A stretch of 64,000 nucleotides of DNA from a virus: positions 17,625 to 81,624 of IMG/VR virus record IMGVR_UViG_3300046791_000470; one strand, written 5' to 3'. Below, piece after piece: positions 54,386 to 61,909 of this stretch. The translations under genes and the position numbers were made by a program. The notes beneath the pieces are model-generated. The model was not told the origin of the DNA. It worked only from the letters and a program-made list of their open reading frames with translations, and ran no database searches. Positions within the stretch are counted from its first letter, which is position 1, and every line of letters starts with the position of its first letter.

Positions 54386-54570
54386 AGCTCCTCCGTGCAG
54401 CCGAGCAGCTCGGGGTTGACGGTGTCCATGTCCCGGCCCTCGATCTCGTCCTCCTCGCTCCGGCGGGGGCGGTCGAAGCTCACCCGGCGGATGGGGAGCC
54501 CGGCGCGCTTGCGGTGGCACCGGCGGATCAGGCGGAGTCGTCGTCGCTTGGCGTTGGAGGTGAGGGGCAC
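54382..54570 (-). CDS. Small basic/acidic hypothetical protein
   Basis: Short ORF coupled to the downstream gene. Confidence 0.45.
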   Translation of the reverse strand: MPLTSNAKRRRLRLIRRCHRKRAGLPIRRVSFDRPRRSEEDEIEGRDMDTVNPELLGCTEEL

Positions 54571-54616
54571 GCGCCGATATTACGGGCGGTTGCGGTTGTG
54601 GCGTATGGTCGTGCGC

Positions 54617-54994
54617 ATGGAGAACGACATCACCAAGATCTACGCCGTGCTCGTGGAGTACGGCGCCGCCGAGCGCGACCAGCCGCCGACCCTCGAGGCC
54701 GTGCTCGATGGAGTCCGATGGCTCGGCCGTCATAGAGACGAAGCCAGCAAGGCAGCAGCCGCATGGGAGAACGCTCGCTCAGGGACGGCGGCGACCGTGC
54801 GGATCGATGGCCCCGACGACATGCGGACGAAGATGTCCGAGCTCGCCGCGGCGCGCCTGTTTCGCGCCGAGGTCGAGGCGCTGTGCTCGCCCGAGTCAGA
54901 GGCGATGCGCCGCCATGAGGTCGGTGACCGTGTGCGCCAGCTCGGTGAAACGGTCGTGCGGTTGGCACCGCCTATCGTCCCCTCGGCCTCGTAG
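54617..54994 (+). CDS. Hypothetical protein
   Basis: ATG 54617 lies 7 nt after TATGGT. Confidence 0.6.
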   Translation: MENDITKIYAVLVEYGAAERDQPPTLEAVLDGVRWLGRHRDEASKAAAAWENARSGTAATVRIDGPDDMRTKMSELAAARLFRAEVEALCSPESEAMRRHEVGDRVRQLGETVVRLAPPIVPSAS

Positions 54995-54995
54995 C

Positions 54996-55181
54996 TCACG
55001 CTTCCCCGCCGAGGTCCGCGCCCTCGTGGATCTCGCGGTTCGCCCGCCGGCGCCGCACGGAGCGGAAGGCGCGCAGCGTGGCCATCGCCCGGTCGAAGGC
55101 GCCCGGCGTCAGGGTGCGGCGACGGAAGCACGCCGCCACCGCGTCCAGCGCCGCTCGCTCCATGTCCGAGTGGGGTCTCAC
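54996..55181 (-). CDS. Small hypothetical protein
   Basis: GTGA-coupled. Confidence 0.45.
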   Translation of the reverse strand: MRPHSDMERAALDAVAACFRRRTLTPGAFDRAMATLRAFRSVRRRRANREIHEGADLGGEA

Positions 55182-55556
55182 GCTGCCCGCGCCGGGTCGA
55201 GCGGCACCAGCACGATCGCGTCGCGGCGGTCGGCCAGCCCGGCGCGCGACGGGTGCGGGTCGTGAACGATCTCGCGCCCGCGGGCGATCACGCTGTGCAG
55301 GTGCTTCATCGGATCGCCGCCTCCGCGCGGGCTGAGACCGCTCAGGATGTGGAGCCCGGCCGGCGCCCACGCGGCGTCGACCTCCAGGCACAGCACCCAC
55401 AGCCCGCGCGGTTCGAGCCAGTCGCGGAACCGGCTAAACCACTCGTCCTCCGGGGCGTGCATGAAGTACGGCACGGCGTCTAGATCCATCTCCAGCAACG
55501 AGGCGACGCACGCGCTGAAGCAGTTGCCGCCCGGGAAGCCGAACGATCGGCTTCAC
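55178..55556 (-). pseudogene. Papain/C39-like Cys-His-Asp phage protein with N-terminal frameshift near 55544
   Basis: Coupled start GTG AAG CCG ATC (VKPI) is out of frame with FGFPGGNCFSACVASLL...HSVI...HDPHP. Confidence 0.55.
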
Positions 55557-55975
55557 GACGGCCTCACCCGCGACGTGGCGGCGTCCAGCCTGGAGAGCAC
55601 CACCTCGTGGAGCAGCTCCGTGGCGATGGCCACCAGGCAGATCTCGTCGTCGCGATCGCTGATCGACCGCATGATCTGGTGGATCTCGCCTCGATGAACG
55701 ATCTGCGCCTCGAGATCGAGCACGTGCTTCGTCGGGCAGCGCACCGTGAGCAGCGGCGCCAGCGGGAAGGCGGGCGACACCACGATCGACTCGATGATGT
55801 CGACGATGCGACCGTAGCCTTTCACGCGGGCGAGCCGGTGCTCGACCACCCGGAGGCACCTGGACACCGCGCGCGCCATCGCGTCGGGCTCGTCCTGGAT
55901 GCTCGCCTGGCACACCGCCGGGTCGCCGTCGTGGCTCGCCCTGATCGGCCGGCCGCACCGCTTGCAGCCCCGCAT
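55553..55975 (-). CDS. Hypothetical protein with N-terminal CxxC
   Basis: TGATG-coupled start MRGCKRCG. Confidence 0.6.
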   Translation of the reverse strand: MRGCKRCGRPIRASHDGDPAVCQASIQDEPDAMARAVSRCLRVVEHRLARVKGYGRIVDIIESIVVSPAFPLAPLLTVRCPTKHVLDLEAQIVHRGEIHQIMRSISDRDDEICLVAIATELLHEVVLSRLDAATSRVRPS

Positions 55976-58059
55976 CACCGGCTCCGTCCCAGCAGCACGT
56001 TCGCGATCATGGCCGCCGCCATCTCCTCCACCCTGGCGATCGAGTCGGTGTCGGCCTCGAGCGGCAGCGCGTCGCGCTCGTTCAGCTCCTCGGCATCCCA
56101 CGGATCGCCGTCCTCTCCTTCGATCGCGTCGAGGATCGCTCCGAACAGGAAGTCCCGCGTGTCCCCGTCCAGCGTCCGCCCGGTGTAGCGGTTCAGCACC
56201 GCGTGGATCCGATCGTTGCGGTCCTGCACGTCAACCGGCGCGGCGAGCTCAGGCTCGATCGTCACCTCGTCGTCACCGCGGAGCCCGATCACCGCGTCGA
56301 TCAGCCGCTCGAGCACCTCCTTCGTGAGCCGCCACCCCTCGAACTGCCGCAGCCGGTGGCGGACCAGCCGAGCGTTCGACAGGTGCCGGCCCACCTCCTC
56401 GAGCACGGGCGTCACCGCCGGCGCGTGCCCGGTCACCCGGTCCACGGCGGCTTTGAGTTCGCGAGCCTCTTCATCGGTGAGCGCGCTGTCCTCTCGTGCG
56501 TCGGAGATCGCGTCCTTGATGGCCTCGGCCTCGCCGGGCGAGAGGCCCCGAGGGTCGCACTCGGCCGCCGGCGGGGCGGAGCGATGCCCGAGGGCGGCGT
56601 CCACGTCCTGCTTGTACAGCCGCTCGATCAGCTCGTGCTCCACGTTCACCTCCTCGTGGGTGACCCGCGCCCGGAGCGCCTCGTGGACGATCCGCAGCAC
56701 CTCGTGGAGGGTGGCCGGCGTGATGTCGAGCGGGTCGCGCTCGAGGACGGCGCGGCTGCTCTCGAGCCCGGTACGGATCCGGCGCATCACCGCGGCGTGG
56801 TGGGCCAGCTCGGCGATCGGCTCCTCGTCCAGCGCCTGGTCCGCCTGCGCCGCGAGCGTGACCACGGCCTCGCCTACACGTGAGGAGTCGACGTTTTGGA
56901 GCATCTCGGCGGCCATCTCCGAGACTTGCTTACGTATGGAGTCGCGCTCGGCGATGACGCTCTCCACCCTCTGGGCGAGGAAGTTCGAGGCGACGCCGGC
57001 GGCGTTGAGCACCTGGTGCGCGGCAGCGTACGCCGTGCCGCTCTGGTAGGAGGCGAGCTCGGCCATGCGCTTCCGGACCAGGGTGATCACGGACTCCGGC
57101 GAGTTGTCGCCCTCCTCCGCGCGCAGGGCGTCCAGGACGTTGCTCCGGTCGCGCTCGTCCTTCTTGACGTGGAGCTCGAGCTGCTTGGTGAGCGACTGTA
57201 CCTCCGCCACGACCAGGCGGGCGGCGTCCACCAGCGTGGTCCCCGGCCAAGCCTCGAGCACCTCGCGCAGCTCCACGGCCTCCTGCACGAGCGCTGGACG
57301 CCGGCGGATGTTCTCGAGCACGGCTGCCAGGTCGTCCTTCTCGCGGAGTTCGTCGGCGATGGCCTGGAGGTAGAGCGGCTGCTTGCGGAGCGCCACCACC
57401 TCGGTCTCGAGGCGGTCGATTGAGATGCCGTCCTGCTCGCGACCGTGCCGTACGATCGACGCACGCGCCGCGAGGGCCGCTGGCGTCGCGCGCTCGAGCG
57501 GCCCCCCGAAGCCGTCGGCCCACGCCGTGGCCCACTCGCGATCCCGCGCTGCAAGGGCGTCCGCGAGCGACGCATCGGCCGCCGGGGTCATGGGGTGCCG
57601 CTCCTGGCCTACGAAGTCTGGGGGCGAGGCTCGCAGCGCGGCGTTGGCCGCCTTCAGCGCCCCAACCTCGGCGGCGTACTGGTCGCGCAGCTCGCGCGCC
57701 TCGGCGAGCTGCGCCAGCACGGCGGCCGGGGACTGCGCTTGCCGGCCGGGGTAGCGCTCCTCGTGAGCCGGAACCCCCTGGAGGAACCGGAGCCAGCCGC
57801 GCCGGCTGTTCCAGATCTCGCCGGCCTCCGCGCGAGACACCGGCTTCTCGACGCGCAGGTCCCACGGCGACAGCCGGGCCACCGGGATCGTGAACTCGCC
57901 GCCACCGCAGGCGTGGCCGCTGCCGTCCTCGTCCGCGGCGATCGTCGTCCACAGCGGGACCAGTACCTGCGCCGGTTGCGGCGCCAGCGCGCCGAGGTCA
58001 GCGGTCGGGATGGCCAGTACACGAAGCAACGCGAACCATTGACCAGTCGTCGGGTTCAT
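55975..58059 (-). CDS. Large coiled-coil mosaic protein (694 aa)
   Basis: Start MNPTTGQW at 58059, coupled to 58059-58280; heptad-rich. Confidence 0.75.
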   Translation of the reverse strand: MNPTTGQWFALLRVLAIPTADLGALAPQPAQVLVPLWTTIAADEDGSGHACGGGEFTIPVARLSPWDLRVEKPVSRAEAGEIWNSRRGWLRFLQGVPAHEERYPGRQAQSPAAVLAQLAEARELRDQYAAEVGALKAANAALRASPPDFVGQERHPMTPAADASLADALAARDREWATAWADGFGGPLERATPAALAARASIVRHGREQDGISIDRLETEVVALRKQPLYLQAIADELREKDDLAAVLENIRRRPALVQEAVELREVLEAWPGTTLVDAARLVVAEVQSLTKQLELHVKKDERDRSNVLDALRAEEGDNSPESVITLVRKRMAELASYQSGTAYAAAHQVLNAAGVASNFLAQRVESVIAERDSIRKQVSEMAAEMLQNVDSSRVGEAVVTLAAQADQALDEEPIAELAHHAAVMRRIRTGLESSRAVLERDPLDITPATLHEVLRIVHEALRARVTHEEVNVEHELIERLYKQDVDAALGHRSAPPAAECDPRGLSPGEAEAIKDAISDAREDSALTDEEARELKAAVDRVTGHAPAVTPVLEEVGRHLSNARLVRHRLRQFEGWRLTKEVLERLIDAVIGLRGDDEVTIEPELAAPVDVQDRNDRIHAVLNRYTGRTLDGDTRDFLFGAILDAIEGEDGDPWDAEELNERDALPLEADTDSIARVEEMAAAMIANVLLGRSR

Positions 58060-58280
58060 CAGTAACACTCCAGGTATTCGGTTAGATGGACGATTTCGTC
58101 GCCGCGGCGGGCGGCGTTGAAGGCCGATTCCGTCGCGTGCTTGAGCTTGCTGACCGCCTCGCGCAGGGACTCGCGATCGATCAGGCCGGCGCGCACGGCG
58201 GCGCGCATCGCATCGATCTCGGCGCCCTCGACGGGGATCCCGATCTCCTTGCGCCACTCCTCGTAGGTGAGGGTGGACAT
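58059..58280 (-). CDS. Small hypothetical protein
   Basis: TGATG coupling at both ends. Confidence 0.7.
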   Translation of the reverse strand: MSTLTYEEWRKEIGIPVEGAEIDAMRAAVRAGLIDRESLREAVSKLKHATESAFNAARRGDEIVHLTEYLECY

Positions 58281-58689
58281 CAGTTATCCCGTGGCTTGGT
58301 GAAGTCCATGCCGCCGGACGCGCGCGCGCCTCGGCGAGCTTCGAGAGCCCGTCCGCGGCCTCGTCGGCGGTCACGCCGGCGGCGCGGAGCGGGTTGGCGT
58401 CGCGCTCGCGGAGCGCCGCGGCGAGCTTGTCCAGCCCGCGGTTCCACTGCGCGCGCTCCTCGTCGGTCCGTGGACCCTTCAGCCGCTCGGAGATCGCGGC
58501 GCGCAGCTTGGAGCGGACAGCGGCGTCGCTCTCATCGGGCGCGAACTCGACGCCCCAGCTCCGGGCCGTCGTGCGGAGGCGCTCGCCGGCGTGGAGCTCG
58601 TTGCGGCGGGCGCGGCGCTGGCGTCGCCACAGCACGAACAGGAGGACTAGGATCAGGAGGCCGGGGAACGTGACCGCGAAGAGGAGCAT
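58280..58689 (-). pseudogene. N-terminally anchored membrane protein; natural stop apparently lost by a frameshift at (CG)5, 58319-58328
   Basis: Removing one CG unit gives ...LAEARASGGMDFTKPRDN* ending in a TGATG overlap with the next gene. Confidence 0.55.
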
Positions 58690-58724
58690 CCACTCTTATA
58701 TGGACGTTACCCGGTAATGGTCAA
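58690..58724 (-). promoter_or_regulatory. Candidate promoter TTGACC-18-TATAAG-5-ATG with palindrome TTACCGGGTAA
   Basis: -35 at 58724..58719; the dyad lies in the spacer. Confidence 0.55.
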
Positions 58725-58745
58725 GCTTCTTACAGCGCCCGGAGA

Positions 58746-59597
58746 TCAGTTCGCGATCGCCACGGCGGCCGAGGCGACGTGCGCCCCGATCGCGACGTTC
58801 ACATACCACGTGGTCGGCCCAACCCCGCTCTCCGTGAGGGCCACGGTGAAGTCGCCGGCCTCGCCGGAGACCAGGTCGAAAACCTTGTTGGCCGTGATGG
58901 TTGCGATGGTAACGCCGTCACCGATCCCGGTTCCGCCGTTCGGTGCAGTGGCCGTAGGGGCGCCCGCTGCCACGTCGCTCACCCACACCCGGACGTGCGC
59001 CTTCGCGGCGAGGTCCCCGCCGGCGATGTTCTTGAGCTGGACCGTCGAGGTGCGCGTGGTGCCGATCTGCGCGTCGACGGAGATGGTCGGGGTCCCTGGG
59101 ATCGCGGCCACGACGGTGGCGGCGAGCTTCGCGGCGGTCACGTTCGCGTCCAGGATCTTGGCGGTGGTCACCGCATCCGCGGCCAGCTTCGCATCCGTCA
59201 CTGCGAGGGCGGCGAGCTTTCCGGTCGTGACGTTGAGATCGAGGATCTTCGCGGTGATCACCGCGTTGGCCGCAAGCTGGGCGTCCGTCACCGAGAGCAG
59301 CGCCAGCTTTGCGGTGGTGACGGCCAGCGCCGCGAGCTTGCCCGTGGTGACCGCCAAGTCTTCGATGTCCGCGGTGGCGACGCCGCCGGTCGGCCCCTCG
59401 GTGCCGCTGAACACCGGCTCCCACTCCGTGGGCTCGGTGCCGTGCTTGATCATCGGGTAGGCGCGCTCGGTGTCGGCGTCGACCCAGATCAGGAACGATC
59501 CAGGCAAGCCGGGGCGCCCTGCTCCCTCCACCCGTGGATCGTTGTAGGTGACGACAAAGTCGCGGAGGAGAGCGTCGGTCTGCCGGATGTGCGCCAT
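58746..59597 (-). CDS. Fibre-like virion protein with decapeptide repeats
   Basis: TYNDPR N-domain, eight xxVTTAKLAA repeats, Ig-like C-terminus. Confidence 0.75.
   Translation of the reverse strand: MAHIRQTDALLRDFVVTYNDPRVEGAGRPGLPGSFLIWVDADTERAYPMIKHGTEPTEWEPVFSGTEGPTGGVATADIEDLAVTTGKLAALAVTTAKLALLSVTDAQLAANAVITAKILDLNVTTGKLAALAVTDAKLAADAVTTAKILDANVTAAKLAATVVAAIPGTPTISVDAQIGTTRTSTVQLKNIAGGDLAAKAHVRVWVSDVAAGAPTATAPNGGTGIGDGVTIATITANKVFDLVSGEAGDFTVALTESGVGPTTWYVNVAIGAHVASAAVAIAN
59118..59357 (-). repeat. 8 x 30-bp coding tandem repeat (LAVTTAKLAA-like)
   Basis: Residues 81-160 of 58746-59597. Confidence 0.9.
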
Positions 59598-59649
59598 GCA
59601 GTGAGGCTCGCACGACGCCGAGCGGTGCCGCTACCCAGGCGTCGACGAG

Positions 59650-59952
59650 TCAGGTCACGTTGCGAGCAGACCCGTACAGGTACTTGGCGTCATAGACCGC
59701 CGGGATGTTCCAGCCGTCGGGGTCGGCCAGCGCGGCCACGGCGGCGGCCAGGACCGCAGCGTCCACCTGCTCCGACGTTTTGTAGGCCCCCTGATCGCGG
59801 ACCTGGATCGTGACCGTGAAGCCGTCGATCACCGGCGCACCGTCGGATCGGTAGACCGCCGCCTCGATCCGGATCTTGATCGCGCCATCTTCCGCGCTGG
59901 AGATGCCGCAGAGACACACGTGCAATTCCCGATATGTAGTGATGAACGCCAT
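59650..59952 (-). CDS. Small beta protein in the fibre cluster (possible chaperone)
   Basis: ATG 59952 lies 8 nt after TAGCAT. Confidence 0.55.
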   Translation of the reverse strand: MAFITTYRELHVCLCGISSAEDGAIKIRIEAAVYRSDGAPVIDGFTVTIQVRDQGAYKTSEQVDAAVLAAAVAALADPDGWNIPAVYDAKYLYGSARNVT

Positions 59953-59963
59953 GGGAGCCGATG

Positions 59964-60818
59964 CTACAGGGTCCACGCCATTCCGAAGGAGCCCCGCCGC
60001 ACGGTGATCGTCGCCGACGATCCGGTCTCGATCCTCGCCTGCAGGGTCATCCGGCCGTTGGCGTTGGGGACGATGATGCCCTCGATCGCGAACACGTAGT
60101 CCAGCCCAGCCGTGTCCACGCTGGACGCCACTGCCGGCCCCTGGCTTGTAGTGATCGGCGTGGCAAACATGACCGTCGGCCCGGCGACGATCTGGCCGAT
60201 CATCGTCGCCGAGGCGCCGAACACCGAGTAGGTCGGAGTGACCACGGTGAGCCCCGGGCCGATGTTGGCGTTCGTCGATCGGACGAGCGTAACGAAACGG
60301 AAGTAGTAGCTGCGGTCGGCGAGGAGATCGAACCCGACGGTTGGCGACCCGGACACCCCCACAGCAACGTCGGCGTAGCTCGTCGACATGAACGGTGAGT
60401 CTGCCGTCTTCGCGACCACCTGCAGGCCGAGCACGCCTCGCGCCTGCGTCGAGGTCAGCGCGGTCACCGGCCCGGTGGCGTCGGTCGCGTTGCCGAGCAA
60501 CCTCGGCCCCGCGATCGGCAGGAGCTGGGTGATGGGCAGGAACCCACCGACGAAGCCGCCTGGCTCCGGCGGCTCTGCCCATCGCAGGTCCGCCCTGAGG
60601 AACTCATCCTCGTTTCCCGTCGGCGGCGGAATGAACGCCACCCAGTCGTTCGGGCCGTCGCCCTGCTTGGCCATCAGCACCGCGGCGCCGTCGCCGTTGA
60701 CGTAGACGAGCATCGCTCCGCGCTGCGCTGCGCGTCCCTGCGTCGGGATGCGCGGATCGTTGTACGTCGTGACCATGACCGGCGTGGGAGCGTCCGACTG
60801 CGGGAAGATTGACGGCAT
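59964..60818 (-). CDS. Second fibre-like protein sharing the TYNDPR N-domain, with a jelly-roll-like C-terminus
   Basis: VTTYNDPRIPTQG...GAMLVYV...MAKQGDGPNDW aligns with VVTYNDPRVEGAG...GSFLIWV...MIKHGTEPTEW. Confidence 0.75.
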   Translation of the reverse strand: MPSIFPQSDAPTPVMVTTYNDPRIPTQGRAAQRGAMLVYVNGDGAAVLMAKQGDGPNDWVAFIPPPTGNEDEFLRADLRWAEPPEPGGFVGGFLPITQLLPIAGPRLLGNATDATGPVTALTSTQARGVLGLQVVAKTADSPFMSTSYADVAVGVSGSPTVGFDLLADRSYYFRFVTLVRSTNANIGPGLTVVTPTYSVFGASATMIGQIVAGPTVMFATPITTSQGPAVASSVDTAGLDYVFAIEGIIVPNANGRMTLQARIETGSSATITVRRGSFGMAWTL

Positions 60819-60850
60819 TGTCCGATGATGGCGGACGCCGCCGCGCAACG

Positions 60851-61216
60851 TCAGGGCGTCGGCATGGCCACGAGCCGCCCGACGAGCTCGGCCAGCCGGG
60901 CCGCGCCATCCACGGAGATCTCGCCGGCCTCGGCCGCCGAGGCGATGGCTCGCTGCAGGTGCTCCACAGCGCTCCGCGCCCGCTGCCGTGCCTCGCTCCA
61001 CTGCGCCTCCAGCTCCACCAGGGCGGCGAGCTCGAGCACGTGGTGGCCGGTCCCGGAGCCAGATCGAGCGTTCTCGCCGATCCGCTTCTCGAGCCAGGCG
61101 CACCGCTCGGCGATCAGCCGGCGCATCCGGGCGCGCTCGGGCACCGGGTAGCCGCGGAGCGACTCGCACGGGTGATCCTCGGGGAACGTGGGGCGCTCGC
61201 CCTGGCTACCGCTCAT
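60851..61216 (-). CDS. Hypothetical helical protein
   Basis: ATG 61216 overlaps the upstream gene. Confidence 0.6.
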   Translation of the reverse strand: MSGSQGERPTFPEDHPCESLRGYPVPERARMRRLIAERCAWLEKRIGENARSGSGTGHHVLELAALVELEAQWSEARQRARSAVEHLQRAIASAAEAGEISVDGAARLAELVGRLVAMPTP

Positions 61217-61472
61217 CGCGAACTCTCCGGATGGCGCGCTGCCGGGCGAGCCTGGACTCGATGCGGTTCGCGGCGAAGAAGTCCGGCGAGACCGAGCGGC
61301 TACCATCGGGTCGCACCGGGCACCGCGTCTGCCACGACTTGCGCAGCCGGAGCTCAGCGCGCCGGAGCTGCTCCTCGGTGTAGACCGTCCACCACACGCG
61401 CTTGTCGCGATCGGCGCGCGCCCATTGCTTCCACGAGCCGAGGTCCATCTTGCGTGCGATGCGGAGCTTCAC
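61206..61472 (-). CDS. Small basic hypothetical protein
   Basis: AGGAG RBS, GTGA coupling. Confidence 0.55.
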   Translation of the reverse strand: MKLRIARKMDLGSWKQWARADRDKRVWWTVYTEEQLRRAELRLRKSWQTRCPVRPDGSRSVSPDFFAANRIESRLARQRAIRRVRDER

Positions 61473-61909
61473 CGGCGCAGCTCCTGGCCGCGCTCGCTCC
61501 ACCGCTCGCGCGCGCATCGGTCGCACGATGCTACGTCGCACCGCCGCGCGTAGCCGCCGAACAGGGAGCGCTCGTGGTCCGTGACCGGGATGCGGACGAA
61601 CCGGGCGTTGAACCAGCGTACCTCGCCGTCGTCAGTGTCGACGATCCAGTAGCGCTCCGTCGCCCCGTCGGCGGCCGGCTTGCCATCCTCGCCGACGATC
61701 GGCTCGTCCTCCACCCGGAGCAGAACCCCGATCGCCTTCGCCCACTGCTCGTTCGCCAGCGTCCCCGTCGATAGCTCGACCACGGTGTCGCCCGGTCGAA
61801 TCTCCTCCATCCACAGCGAACTGTGGAGCTGGCGCGGGGTGCCGTTGCCGAGCAGCGCCGAGTAGAGCGTCCGGCCGAGCTGCAGCTCGAGCTCCGTGAA
61901 GCGCGACAT
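61469..61909 (-). CDS. Hypothetical protein (SH3-like beta core, CxxC tail)
   Basis: TGATG-coupled start MSRFTELE. Confidence 0.65.
   Translation of the reverse strand: MSRFTELELQLGRTLYSALLGNGTPRQLHSSLWMEEIRPGDTVVELSTGTLANEQWAKAIGVLLRVEDEPIVGEDGKPAADGATERYWIVDTDDGEVRWFNARFVRIPVTDHERSLFGGYARRCDVASCDRCARERWSERGQELRR

Noticed and set aside
55975-58689. 904-aa ORF as one genuine protein
   Set aside because: The middle section is off-frame Arg-rich text overlapping a well-coupled 73-aa gene. It is better explained as three genes plus a frameshift.
59118-59357. CRISPR-like array
   Set aside because: The 30-bp units are contiguous, degenerate, in-frame coding repeats with no unique spacers.
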